DNA of 59,928 bases, taken from NCBI GenBank assembly GCA_003171065.1, contig PMXQ01000047.1, forward strand, positions 3,587-63,514, in the 5' to 3' direction. This DNA is from Chloroflexota bacterium (lineage in GTDB: Bacteria > Chloroflexota > Limnocylindria > Limnocylindrales > CSP1-4). Position numbers and translations under genes: made by a program. The notes under the pieces were generated by a model that saw only the letters and a list, made by a program, of their open reading frames with translations, had not been told where the DNA came from and did not search any database. Of this stretch, positions 9,220 to 18,691 are shown piece by piece (position 1 is the first letter of the stretch; every line of letters begins with the position of its first letter).

Positions 9220-10218
9220 TCAGTACGGCCTGCGCCGCCCCACCCAGACCAGCGCGAACGCCCCGAGCGCGGCGGACCCCGCCAGCATGATCGCCGACTC
9301 GAGCGCCACGACCCGCCAGTAGTTGTCACCGGTTACGACATACCAGGCCAGCTGCGGGCCGATCGACGACGGATCCGGCTCGTCACCCGGGGCGTACTGG
9401 CACCCGGGCACTCCATTGAAAAGCGTGCAGTCCGTCCCCGTGTAGACCTTGCCGTCCAGGTACAGAACGTCTGACTGGTACACGAGTAGTTCTCCCGGCG
9501 AAGAAGCACCCGGCATCTGGAGAACCGCCATGCCGTGGAGCACATAGGCGTCCGTCAGCGGCTCCCAGGTGGCACGGGCAAAGAGGCACGCGATCAGGGC
9601 CACGACCACCACCGGCATCGTCCGGCCGAACAGCGCTCCCAGAGCCACGGTGCCCATTAGCGCAGCTACTCCCCATAGAACGAAGAACACGCCGCGCGAA
9701 GTGAAGTAGTCGAACGAGGCGTGGGGATCGATGCCAGGCTCCTGAGCGCCACGCAGAACGTCGGCTGCCAGACCGGCGATCAGCAAGAGCGGCACGATCA
9801 GCAGCAGCGCCGCAAGGATCTTTCCCGCCAGCCACTTCCAACGTGCCCCGGCAAGGGCCCAGGAAAGCGGCGCAGTTCCCTGTTCGAGTTCCCGGGCCAC
9901 CAACGGCGCGCCCATCGCGATCCCGACAAAGAACGGCAGCACGTCGCCCAGCGACGACACGATCCGCACGTCCCAGCTGCTCAGCGCGTCGGTGAACCGC
10001 TGGCTTGGCAGCTGGCAGGCACCGGGTATCCAGGATGAGTTCGAGGGTCCGTTCCAATAGGGCACGTGTCCGCCCACCAGACACGAAGCCGGCACGCTGA
10101 CCGAGTTGAGATGCCAGCTTGCCAGAAGCGCCCACGCCGCGGCCCCGAGGCACGCGACCGCTACGGCCAATGTCTCGAACCGCTGCTGCTTGTAGGTGAG
10201 CCAGATTCGATCGAACAC
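9220..10218 (-). CDS. ABC transporter permease (paralog 2)
   Basis: GAPLVARELEQGT motif and TM helices; GTG start after AGGGG. Confidence 0.85.
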   Translation of the reverse strand: MFDRIWLTYKQQRFETLAVAVACLGAAAWALLASWHLNSVSVPASCLVGGHVPYWNGPSNSSWIPGACQLPSQRFTDALSSWDVRIVSSLGDVLPFFVGIAMGAPLVARELEQGTAPLSWALAGARWKWLAGKILAALLLIVPLLLIAGLAADVLRGAQEPGIDPHASFDYFTSRGVFFVLWGVAALMGTVALGALFGRTMPVVVVALIACLFARATWEPLTDAYVLHGMAVLQMPGASSPGELLVYQSDVLYLDGKVYTGTDCTLFNGVPGCQYAPGDEPDPSSIGPQLAWYVVTGDNYWRVVALESAIMLAGSAALGAFALVWVGRRRPY

Positions 10219-10237
10219 GTCGTCCCCTGCCCTCAGG

Positions 10238-11380
10238 TCAGTATGGCCGCCGCCGATCCACCCAGACAAAGGCGATCGCGCCGCAGAACAACGATCCCAG
10301 CAGCAGGAGGCCCGACTCGAGGGCGACGGTCTGCCAGTACCACGACCCCGGGATGACGTACAGGACCTGCTGGGGCATGTGGCTCGGATCGAAGGCCGGG
10401 CCCTGACACGCTATGCCGATGTCGCCCATCTTCGAATTGTCCGGCGTGGCCGACGCACCCGGCGAGCTCGAATCGGCAGGAGAGGTCGAGGCACTCGGCG
10501 TCGGCGTCGGCGTCGACATCGGCACGCACACCATGTTCTGCTGGTACCAGTCATTGACCTGAGCGTCGGTGACTTCCTTGCCGTCGATGAACGACTTGTA
10601 GTAGACGTACATATCGGCGCTGCCGCCTCCCGGGCCGTAGACGACATACCCCTGCTGCTGCTGGTCCTGCTGGACCTGCTCAACGGCGAACGGCCTCAGG
10701 ACGAAGTGGGTCATGCCGGCATCCCACGCAGCTCTCACGAAGAAACAGACAACGAGCGCGAGAACCACAGCGGGCATAGTCCGACCGAGAATGGTGCCCA
10801 GGGCAAAGGTCCCGGCGAACGCGGCCAGCACCCAGAAGACATCGATGACGCCCCGGCCCAGGTAGTTGGAGAATGAGGCGTTGGGGTTGAGACCGGGGTT
10901 CAGAGCGCCTTCTAGCACGTTGGCGGCCAAACCCACCGCGAGCATAAGCGGCGCGAGAAGCAGGACCCCTGTCAGAACCTTGCCCAGGAGCCAGCGCCGG
11001 CGCGAGCCAGACAGAGCCCAGGAGAGCGGCGCCGTCCCCTGCTCGATCTCGCGAGCAACGAGCGGCGCGCCGAACACGATCCCCGCGAGCAGTGGCGCGA
11101 ACAGAAGCAGGAGCTGGACAAGGTTCATGTCCAAGCTTCCCTTCGTATCGAAGAACGACTTCGCGAGTTCGTTGCAATGCGCCTGGGCCGGGCTAATGGG
11201 CGCCTGCGACGGATCTATGTACCCGCCTTGATAGCTCTGCAGGCACGACAGCGGCACGTTCAGGGAGTTGAGCCGGTAGGCCTCGATCAGAGCGGCTGCG
11301 GTAAGCCCCAGGCAGACGATCGAAATCGCGATGGTCTCGAAGCGGTGCTGCTTGAGGGTAAGGCGAATTCGGGTGAGCAT
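10238..11380 (-). CDS. ABC transporter permease (paralog 1)
   Basis: GAPLVAREIEQGT motif; extracellular loops with Cys residues and a PT/S-rich tract. Confidence 0.85.
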   Translation of the reverse strand: MLTRIRLTLKQHRFETIAISIVCLGLTAAALIEAYRLNSLNVPLSCLQSYQGGYIDPSQAPISPAQAHCNELAKSFFDTKGSLDMNLVQLLLLFAPLLAGIVFGAPLVAREIEQGTAPLSWALSGSRRRWLLGKVLTGVLLLAPLMLAVGLAANVLEGALNPGLNPNASFSNYLGRGVIDVFWVLAAFAGTFALGTILGRTMPAVVLALVVCFFVRAAWDAGMTHFVLRPFAVEQVQQDQQQQGYVVYGPGGGSADMYVYYKSFIDGKEVTDAQVNDWYQQNMVCVPMSTPTPTPSASTSPADSSSPGASATPDNSKMGDIGIACQGPAFDPSHMPQQVLYVIPGSWYWQTVALESGLLLLGSLFCGAIAFVWVDRRRPY

Positions 11381-11387
11381 CTTCCCC

Positions 11388-12299
11388 TCAGTTGAGCTGC
11401 AGGCCGGCGGTGCCTCGCCCCGCGGCGAGGTAGCCGAGCACGACGTCCTCGAGGCTGGTGGTCTCCGGAGCTGCGCTCTGGCCGTCTGCGCCATCGGCCG
11501 CGGCGGCCGCGAGCCGCCACAGCGTCATCACCTTCTGACCGCCCTTGCCAAGGAACGAGCCTACGGCGGTCGCACCGGGCGGTGGCGAGTCGGCGTCGGT
11601 GAGCCGGTGAGTGCGCCGGGCCTGCTCGAGCGGGCAGTCGAGCCTTATCTTCCCGCCGCCCAGGATCACCAGACGATCGCAGGCGTCTTCGACGTCGGTG
11701 ACGATGTGCGAGGAGAGCAGGGCGGTCGAACCTTCGGAGCGAACCGCGTCCAAGAGGACCTGGATGAACTCGCGACGGGCGAGCGGGTCCAGGTTGGCGA
11801 GGGGCTCGTCGAGCAGCAGGACGTTCGCCCGCGTGCCCAGCGCGATGGCGAGCCCGAGCTGCGCGCCCTGGCCGCCGGAGAGCGTGTCCGCTCGCTGGTC
11901 GAGCGGGATGCCCAGCTGGTCGAGCCGGCGGCGGGCGTAGTCCGCGTCGAACCCCGAATGGAGGCTGCGGGCCATCGCCAGGTGGTCTTCGACGCTCAGC
12001 CCGCGGTACACCGCCGGCGTCTGGGGCACGTAGCCGACCCGCCGCAGGGCTTCGCTGCGATGCCGCCAGGGATCCACGCCGTCGACTTCGACCCGGCCGG
12101 CGTTCGGACGCTCGAAGGCCATGCAGACTCGGATCAGCGTCGTTTTGCCTGCTCCGTTCGGACCGACCAGCGCGGTGATGCTCCCGGCAGGTACGGACAG
12201 GTCGACCGAGTCGAGCGCCACCTTCTTTCGGAAACGCTTGCTCAGCCCGTGCGCCACCAGGGCCGCTGTCGCCGTCGAAGCCCCTGCGTCGGCACCCAT
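11388..12299 (-). CDS. ABC transporter ATP-binding protein
   Basis: GPNGAGKTT, LSGGQ, LLLDEP and SSH motifs; SD GGAGGT. Confidence 0.93.
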   Translation of the reverse strand: MGADAGASTATAALVAHGLSKRFRKKVALDSVDLSVPAGSITALVGPNGAGKTTLIRVCMAFERPNAGRVEVDGVDPWRHRSEALRRVGYVPQTPAVYRGLSVEDHLAMARSLHSGFDADYARRRLDQLGIPLDQRADTLSGGQGAQLGLAIALGTRANVLLLDEPLANLDPLARREFIQVLLDAVRSEGSTALLSSHIVTDVEDACDRLVILGGGKIRLDCPLEQARRTHRLTDADSPPPGATAVGSFLGKGGQKVMTLWRLAAAAADGADGQSAAPETTSLEDVVLGYLAAGRGTAGLQLN

Positions 12300-12479
12300 G
12301 CCCCACCTCCGACTCTTCGGCGCCGTTCGCGGCGCGACTCCACCGACCCTGCGATTCACCGCAGCGGACAGTCTCAACTCGGGCGAAAGATACCATCCGG
12401 CAACAGCCGAAGAACGGCGGGAAAACCCGCAACTGGTCGCGGTGAGGTCCCGAGCCTGCGGCGAGAGGCCGCCTCGGGC

Positions 12480-12926
12480 TCAGCCCTTGGGTTCGACGAC
12501 GACCGTGACCTCGGGCGTCATGCCCGAATAGACCTTGACGGCGACCTTGTACGTGCCCAGCGACTTGAGCGGATCGGGCAGCTCGACCTTGTGGCGGTCG
12601 ACGGTGATGCCACGACGAGCCAGCGCGTCGGCGATGTCCTTGGCGGTGATGGAGCCGTAGAGCTTCCCGCCTTCGCCGACCTTGACGCCCATCGTCAGCG
12701 TCGTGCTGCCGATGCGGGTGGCCGCGATCTCGGCCTCCTCGCGTTCGCGCTGTCGCTTCTCTTCGCGACTGGCGATGTCGTGCTGCCAGGCGCGATAGGC
12801 GCCGCCGGCGGCGGGAACGGCGACTTTCCGAGGGATCAGGAAGTTGCGGGCATAGCCTTCGGCGACTTCCTTCATCTCGCCGCTCTTGCCGAGCTTGTCG
12901 ACGTCGGCGGTCAGGATGACCTTCAC
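12480..12926 (-). CDS. rplI: 50S ribosomal protein L9
   Basis: MKVILTADV..LGK.G, GYARNFLIP and GKLYGSIT motifs. Confidence 0.97.
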   Translation of the reverse strand: MKVILTADVDKLGKSGEMKEVAEGYARNFLIPRKVAVPAAGGAYRAWQHDIASREEKRQREREEAEIAATRIGSTTLTMGVKVGEGGKLYGSITAKDIADALARRGITVDRHKVELPDPLKSLGTYKVAVKVYSGMTPEVTVVVEPKG

Positions 12927-13444
12927 GCGAAAGATTCCTCCTTAGGGATGAGCGATCGGACCCTGGGGCCGAGCTCTGCTTTGGCGATGAGCCGGCCTGC
13001 CGAATCGATTGCGTCGGGCAGCCGGCGAATGATCCTTCTTATTGGCGCGGGGGTGAGCCGTCGCACCTGATCGATGTCCCGCCGGAAAGCCTCGCGGTCG
13101 ATGGCGAGCTCTTCGAGCTTTTCCTCGAGGATCTCGTCGGGAATGCCGTCGAAGAATACTTCGACTGCGAGGATGACCACAGCCAGATCGTCGAGCCTGC
13201 CCAGGACGGGAATGTCGTCCGGGATCAGGTCCCGACCCACGAGCACGTAGCCGGCAGCTCCGACGAGAACGACCTTTCGGCTGGTCGGGATCCGCGAGTC
13301 CATGGCGAGCGCCCAGATGAGGCGCGCGTACATCGGCGCGCGACTGGCGAGCGGCATGAAGGCGAGCCATTTGAGGGCGCGCAGCAGTCCGCTCTTGCGG
13401 CCGCGACGCTTCTTCCTGGTTACGACTCGACCCCTGCCTGCCAT
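12923..13444 (-). CDS. YkvA/DUF1232 membrane protein
   Basis: Y.L...DLIPDDIPVLGRLDD motif. Confidence 0.85.
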   Translation of the reverse strand: MAGRGRVVTRKKRRGRKSGLLRALKWLAFMPLASRAPMYARLIWALAMDSRIPTSRKVVLVGAAGYVLVGRDLIPDDIPVLGRLDDLAVVILAVEVFFDGIPDEILEEKLEELAIDREAFRRDIDQVRRLTPAPIRRIIRRLPDAIDSAGRLIAKAELGPRVRSLIPKEESFA

Positions 13445-13640
13445 CAGTCCTCGGCTCTCCGGGCAACCCAACTCACGGGTCCGCTGCGGGGAATCGTGAG
13501 TCTATCAGGCGCGACTGCGGACGACGAGGTCCGCGGCCGACGTGCCTGGCCCGCGGCGTCTCCACGCCCGGGCGCGAAGGGCGAGTTCCGCCCCGGCTCG
13601 GACGGGCCGAGACTCGCCCGACGCTCCCGCCTTCGCCTGC

Positions 13641-13669
13641 TTGACAATCGAACGGGTGTTCTGTACTCT
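13641..13669 (+). promoter_or_regulatory. lexA promoter TTGACA-17-TACTCT with autoregulatory LexA box CGAAC-GGGT-GTTCT
   Basis: SOS box at 13649-13662 lies within the spacer. Confidence 0.9.
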
Positions 13670-13690
13670 CCCGCTCGGAAGGAGGCGCCG

Positions 13691-14341
13691 GTGACCAAGC
13701 ACGACGCCGAACGCAAGCGCAGGATCCTCGACTTCATCGCCGCGACGCTGCGAACCCGCGGCTATCCGCCCTCAGTGCGCGAGATCGCGGTTGCCGTCGA
13801 TCTCGCCTCCACATCGGCCGTTCATCATCACCTGCAGATGCTCGAGCGCGAGGGTTACCTGGAGCGGGGCGCGGCCCAGTCGCGCGCCATCCGCCTGACG
13901 CCGCTGGCGGCGATACGCCTTGGCCTCTCGGGCGAGCTGATGCCCCAGGCCACCGCCACGGAGGCGCACGTCCTGCCGATCGTCGGTGAGATCGCCGCCG
14001 GCGGCCCCATCGAGGCCTACCAGGACGCGTCCGAGAGTATGGCCGTGCCGGACCTGCTCGCCCCCTCGGGCGACGCATACGTCCTGCGCGTGCGGGGCGA
14101 CTCGATGATCGACGCCCACATCCAGGACGGAGACTTCGTCCTGATCCGGCCGCAGCAGACGGCCCGCGACGGCGACATCGTCGTCGCCCAGGTAGAAGAG
14201 AACTCCGTAACGCTCAAGCAGTTCTTCAAGGAGCAGGGCCGCATTCGCCTGCAGCCTGCCAACGCTGCGTACGCGCCAATGTTCTACTCGGACGTCCGGA
14301 TCCAGGGCAAGCTAATCGGTGTCATCCGCCGCCTGGACTAG
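13691..14341 (+). CDS. lexA: SOS repressor LexA
   Basis: GYPPSVREI HTH, IAAG cleavage site, GDSM catalytic Ser and VTLK catalytic Lys; GTG start after AAGGAGG. Confidence 0.97.
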   Translation: MTKHDAERKRRILDFIAATLRTRGYPPSVREIAVAVDLASTSAVHHHLQMLEREGYLERGAAQSRAIRLTPLAAIRLGLSGELMPQATATEAHVLPIVGEIAAGGPIEAYQDASESMAVPDLLAPSGDAYVLRVRGDSMIDAHIQDGDFVLIRPQQTARDGDIVVAQVEENSVTLKQFFKEQGRIRLQPANAAYAPMFYSDVRIQGKLIGVIRRLD

Positions 14342-14661
14342 ATCATCTGGCCGTCAGACGGCCGATGCTTTCGTTGCCTTCTGCGCTCCTTCGCTCACGC
14401 ACGCTCGGCGTGCTCGCTGCGGTGCTCGGCGGCGCCTCGGCCTCGGCCTTCGGGCCGGCCAGATGGGTTGAGGGCGAGTTCGGGTGAGAAATCGGGTGAG
14501 CCATCCACAACGGATCTCCACAGTCCGCCCACAGGGGCGGCGAGTTCGGGGATAGATGAGCCGCCTCCCGGTCGGTTCGTGGACGCGCCGGGGTTCGGCA
14601 AAGCCACCATTGCGTCGTCACCGTCACCGTCCACAGTCAGGCTCAAGGGGTCCGCCCACCC

Positions 14662-16011
14662 GTGATCGACCAACTGCCACCCCAGAACCTCGACTCCGAG
14701 CAGGCCGTGCTCGGGTCCATCCTCATCGACCGCGACGCGATCATCGAGGTCGCGGACTTCCTCCATCCGGAGGATTTCTACCGCCAGGCCCACGGCCGCA
14801 TCTACGCCGCGATGTTGGATCTCTTCGAACACCGCGAGCCGATCGACGTGGTCACGGTCGCTGAGGCGCTCGAACGTGCCAGCGAGCTGGATGCGGTGGG
14901 TGGCGCCAGCTACCTCTCCACCCTCGGCAACGACACTCCTACCGCGGTTCACGTCGGCCAGTACGGTCGAATCGTCGAGCGCAAGGCCCTGCTCCGGCGG
15001 TTGATCCAGGCCGCCGGCAAGATCGCGGCCATCGGCTACGAGGACGGGCCGGACATCCAGGAGTCCATCGATCGGTCGGAGGCCGAGCTCTTTGCGGTCA
15101 GCCAGCGCCGCTCCGGCGACAGCTTCAGCGCGCTGCGGACACTCCTCCACGACGCCTACGACCGACTGGACTACCTGCACGCCCATCGCGGCGAGATAGT
15201 CGGCATCGCCTCGGGGTTCACGGACCTGGATCTGCTGACCACGGGCTTTCAGGCGAGCGACCTGATCGTCCTGGCGGCCCGGCCCAGCGTCGGCAAGACC
15301 AGCCTGGCGCTCAACATCGCCGAGCACGCGGCCGTGCGCGAGGGCAAGACGGTCGGCGTCTTCAGCCTGGAGATGAGCAAGGAGCAGCTCGTCCTGCGCC
15401 TGCTCTCAAGCGTCGCCTCCATCGACTCGCAGCGGCTTCGGTCGGGATTCCTCGAGGAGATGGACTTCGCCCGCATCGCGCCGGCGATGAACGCCCTGAG
15501 CGAGGCGCCCATATACATCGACGACACTCCGAGCATCAGCACGATGGAGCTGCGGACCAAGGCCCGCCGGCTCCAGGCGGAGCGCGGGCTGGACCTGCTG
15601 ATCGTGGACTACCTGCAGCTCATGCAGGCCACCACGAACAGCCGCGACGCCAACCGAGTCCAAGAGGTCTCCGAGATCAGCCGCGGGCTCAAGTCCCTGG
15701 CGCGCGAGCTCAAGGTGCCGGTCCTCGCCCTATCCCAGCTGTCGCGTCAGCCGGAGATGCGCGAGTCGCGCGAGCCACGCCTCAGCGACCTGCGCGAGTC
15801 CGGCGCCATCGAGCAGGACGCGGACCTCGTGCTCTTCCTGTGGAGGGAGAGGGACAAGCCCGGCGAGGAGGTCGAATCGGACGGCGAAGTCGTGAACCTG
15901 CGCCTGGCCAAGCATCGAAATGGCCCCACGGGCGAAGTCAAGCTATGGTTCAAGAAGAGCCAGACCCGCTTCGTGAGCTACGCCGCCGAGCGCTACGCCG
16001 AGGCGGTCTGA
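14662..16011 (+). CDS. dnaB: Replicative DNA helicase
   Basis: AARPSVGKT, FSLEM, DYLQL, LSDLRESGAIEQDAD and KHRNGPTG motifs; no intein. Confidence 0.97.
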   Translation: MIDQLPPQNLDSEQAVLGSILIDRDAIIEVADFLHPEDFYRQAHGRIYAAMLDLFEHREPIDVVTVAEALERASELDAVGGASYLSTLGNDTPTAVHVGQYGRIVERKALLRRLIQAAGKIAAIGYEDGPDIQESIDRSEAELFAVSQRRSGDSFSALRTLLHDAYDRLDYLHAHRGEIVGIASGFTDLDLLTTGFQASDLIVLAARPSVGKTSLALNIAEHAAVREGKTVGVFSLEMSKEQLVLRLLSSVASIDSQRLRSGFLEEMDFARIAPAMNALSEAPIYIDDTPSISTMELRTKARRLQAERGLDLLIVDYLQLMQATTNSRDANRVQEVSEISRGLKSLARELKVPVLALSQLSRQPEMRESREPRLSDLRESGAIEQDADLVLFLWRERDKPGEEVESDGEVVNLRLAKHRNGPTGEVKLWFKKSQTRFVSYAAERYAEAV

Positions 16012-16050
16012 TCTTGGGCGGCGCGAGCCGCCCGCCTAGTGAGGAGACCG

Positions 16051-16254
16051 ATGGGCGCGATGATCGTGCGAGAGATGGTGGGCACGAGCTCTCATTCGTG
16101 GAGCGACGCGGCGCGCCAGGCCGTGACCCTGGCGTCCAAGACGGTCCGCAACATCCGGACGGTCGAGGTCATCCAGTCGACCGCCCGCGTCGAGAATGGC
16201 GAGATAGTCGAGTACCGAGTCCAGATGAAGATCGGCTTCGAATACGAGGAATAG
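16051..16254 (+). CDS. Dodecin family protein
   Basis: E.VGTS..SW.DA..A...ASKTVRNI...Y....KIGF pattern; SD GAGGAG. Confidence 0.88.
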   Translation: MGAMIVREMVGTSSHSWSDAARQAVTLASKTVRNIRTVEVIQSTARVENGEIVEYRVQMKIGFEYEE

Positions 16255-16320
16255 CCGCGCGAGCTGCCGCCGGTGTGGCCCGCGCCGTGGCAATCCGGCC
16301 CTCGTGATAGGCTTCCGGGC

Positions 16321-17649
16321 ATGAGATTCGGGGGATCGCTCACGCCCCTTCGCGGCCTTCTGTCGTCCCGCCCAGCAGTGATTGGACGATCGTTCGCGTT
16401 CGTTCGCCGCCTTTCGTCCCGCCGTCCCGCGGTCGTCGGGGCCGCGATCGCGGTCGCGGTCGCCATCGTCGGCAGCACCATCGCCGTCGCCGACATCTCG
16501 GCCGGCTCGGCGGCGCCGACTGCGATTCCCACCGCATATGCGACAGGCACGCCGACGCCCACGCCCCTGGCCTCGCTCGCGGCCTCTCCCACGGCCTCGC
16601 CCACGCCTTCAGGCTCGGCTGGGCCTTCCCCCTCGCCGTCGGGCTCGACCGCCCCAGCAGGCATGGTGGCGGCCACCACCGATGGTGTATGGCTCCCGGC
16701 GAGCGAGGCCGAGCTGGCCACCCGCAAGCCGATCGCCGTCATGATCGACGACCACTGGGATGCCAGGCCGCAATCGGGCCTGTCGATGGCGGACATCGTC
16801 TACCAGGGTCCGGCCGAGGGCGGCATTCCGCGCTACATGGCGCTCTTCCAGACTCAGGCCCCGCCGGCTATCGGACCGGTCCGCAGCGCCAGGCTCTACT
16901 TCGTCGCCTGGGCCGAGGAGTGGCGCGCCGGGTACGTGCACATGTGGGGCGCGCCGAACGCGATGAACCGTCTGGCACAGGACGCCGGCAAGTACATCTA
17001 CAACATCGACGGACTCCGCTACGGCGGGAAGAGCGGCTACATGTGGCGCACGTCGTTCCGAGCGGCACCCCACAACCTCTACACCTCGTACGCCAGGCTG
17101 GAAACGCTGACGAAGAAGCTAGGCGGCACGGCGCCCCTCACGACGTCCCCGTTCACCTTCGAGGACGCGCTCCCCGGCAGCGCCCGACTCGTCGGCGGCC
17201 AGATCGTGGTGCCGTACGCACAGAACGACGTCGTCTACAACTACGACTGGGAGACGAACACGTATCCGCGCACCGTGTCCAAGGAAGGCCCCGAGATCGA
17301 TGCCGCCACCGGCCAGCGCATCGCGCCCTCGAACGTCATCTTGCTCTTCATGACCGTGGGACTGGCCAACGACACTCCGGCCGAGCTGCATAAGCATCGC
17401 CTCGACGTGCAGTACGTCGGCCACGGCTCAGCGATGGTCTTCAACAACGGACTCGCCACGTCGGCGATCTGGACCAAGAAGAGCCAATATGCCACCACGG
17501 TCCTGACGTACGCGAGCGGTCCGAACAAGGGCCAGCCGGTTCCCATGGTCCGGGGCCAGATCTTCATCCAGGTCGTGCCGACGTACGTACCCGCGAGATG
17601 GACCGTGGGCAGCACCCCGGCGCCGGAGATCGGGACGCAAGGCAGCTAG
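16321..17649 (+). CDS. DUF3048-like secreted/membrane-anchored protein
   Basis: N-terminal TM, S/T/P-rich linker, ARPQSGLS.AD.VY, EGGI.R, GPVRSAR and APHNLY motifs. Confidence 0.85.
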   Translation: MRFGGSLTPLRGLLSSRPAVIGRSFAFVRRLSSRRPAVVGAAIAVAVAIVGSTIAVADISAGSAAPTAIPTAYATGTPTPTPLASLAASPTASPTPSGSAGPSPSPSGSTAPAGMVAATTDGVWLPASEAELATRKPIAVMIDDHWDARPQSGLSMADIVYQGPAEGGIPRYMALFQTQAPPAIGPVRSARLYFVAWAEEWRAGYVHMWGAPNAMNRLAQDAGKYIYNIDGLRYGGKSGYMWRTSFRAAPHNLYTSYARLETLTKKLGGTAPLTTSPFTFEDALPGSARLVGGQIVVPYAQNDVVYNYDWETNTYPRTVSKEGPEIDAATGQRIAPSNVILLFMTVGLANDTPAELHKHRLDVQYVGHGSAMVFNNGLATSAIWTKKSQYATTVLTYASGPNKGQPVPMVRGQIFIQVVPTYVPARWTVGSTPAPEIGTQGS

Positions 17650-17695
17650 TGCTTCTCCCGCTGTTTCAGCACGGCACAAGATGTAGTGTCGGGGT

Positions 17696-18035
17696 ATGGC
17701 TCGGCCAGGCTTTCCTCGATCGCTCCGCGATTTCCAGCCGACATTCGCTGACGAGGAAGCCCGTGCTCGCTACATCGCCGCCTGTCGCTGGCCCGACGGG
17801 TTTCGTTGCCCGAAGTGCGGACATGACCGCGTCTACGTCCTGACCGCCGCCCGATCGCGTCAGCCGACCACAGCTCCAGGCCTACCTCGACGAGTTCGTG
17901 TTCCGCCACAACCGCCGCGGCAACCCAAAGGCCGCATTTCAGACGCTCCCGGGCTCAGGCACGAACCGGAAGCCCGTGCCGCTGTCGGTCGTTCGCGGCG
18001 CGACGGACATGCCCACCTTTCCCCTGAGGAGCTGA
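17696..18035 (+). pseudogene. IS1595-family transposase remnant with internal deletion
   Basis: N-terminal Zn-ribbon (RWPDGFRCPKCG) joined out of frame to the C-terminal LQAYLDEFVFRHNRR; most of the DDE core is missing. Confidence 0.88.
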
Positions 18036-18113
18036 ATGAGGGGTGGCTGGCGGGTCAGAGCCGCAGCTTTCCCGCGGTTCCGACCCGCCTGCGTGAAATC
18101 GGCGTTCTCCGGG

Positions 18114-18141
18114 TGAACCTGTGGACTCGTCGTGCTCGTCT
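18114..18141 (+). promoter_or_regulatory. Putative ECF-type promoter TGAACCT-16-CGTCT
   Basis: AAC -35 and CGT -10 motifs typical of ECF promoters, directly upstream of the ECF gene. Confidence 0.6.
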
Positions 18142-18175
18142 GTAATAACGGGGAGATGTTCAGAAAGGCACGAGA

Positions 18176-18691
18176 ATGGTGGACCGGGATCTCGTCGTTC
18201 GAGCGCAGCTCGGTGATGCGGACGCTTTCGAGCTCGTCGTCCGCGCCTCGCTGGAGTCGTGCTACGCGACGTGCGTGAGCGTCCTCCACTCCCCGGACGA
18301 CGCGCGTGACGCCACACAGGAGGCACTCGTCGCTGCCTGGCGGAGACTGCCGTCTCTCCGAGATCCCGACCGTTTCGACGCCTGGCTTCAGACGATCGCC
18401 CGAAACACAAGCCGCGATCTCCTAAGGCGTCGCAGTCGACTGCGCGAAGTTCAGCTCGACGCCTCGACAGCCGAGCTCGAAGCGCCGACCGGGCCCGTGA
18501 ACGGTCTCATCACGATTGTCGACCGTCTGCCTGGGCCGGCCCGGCAGGTCGTAACCCGCCATTACGTCGACGACGAGCCGGTCGCCGGGATCGCCCGATC
18601 GCTCGGCGTCCCGGCCGGCACGGTGAAATCTCGGCTCTTCCATGCGCGGACCGCGCTCCGCGCCCTCATCGACAAGGAGCGAGCACGATGA
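18176..18691 (+). CDS. ECF RNA polymerase sigma factor
   Basis: GDADAF, DA.D.TQE, FDAWL..IARN and GTVKSRL..AR motifs. Confidence 0.92.
   Translation: MVDRDLVVRAQLGDADAFELVVRASLESCYATCVSVLHSPDDARDATQEALVAAWRRLPSLRDPDRFDAWLQTIARNTSRDLLRRRSRLREVQLDASTAELEAPTGPVNGLITIVDRLPGPARQVVTRHYVDDEPVAGIARSLGVPAGTVKSRLFHARTALRALIDKERAR

Noticed and set aside
13496-13690. N-terminal extensions of tracked ORFs (lexA; also atpC, pcm, PHP, LLM, STAND)
   Set aside because: Promoter or SD positions and homology-like sequence begin at downstream starts.
17696-18145. Programmed frameshift producing an active transposase
   Set aside because: Most of the catalytic core is physically absent; this is a deletion.
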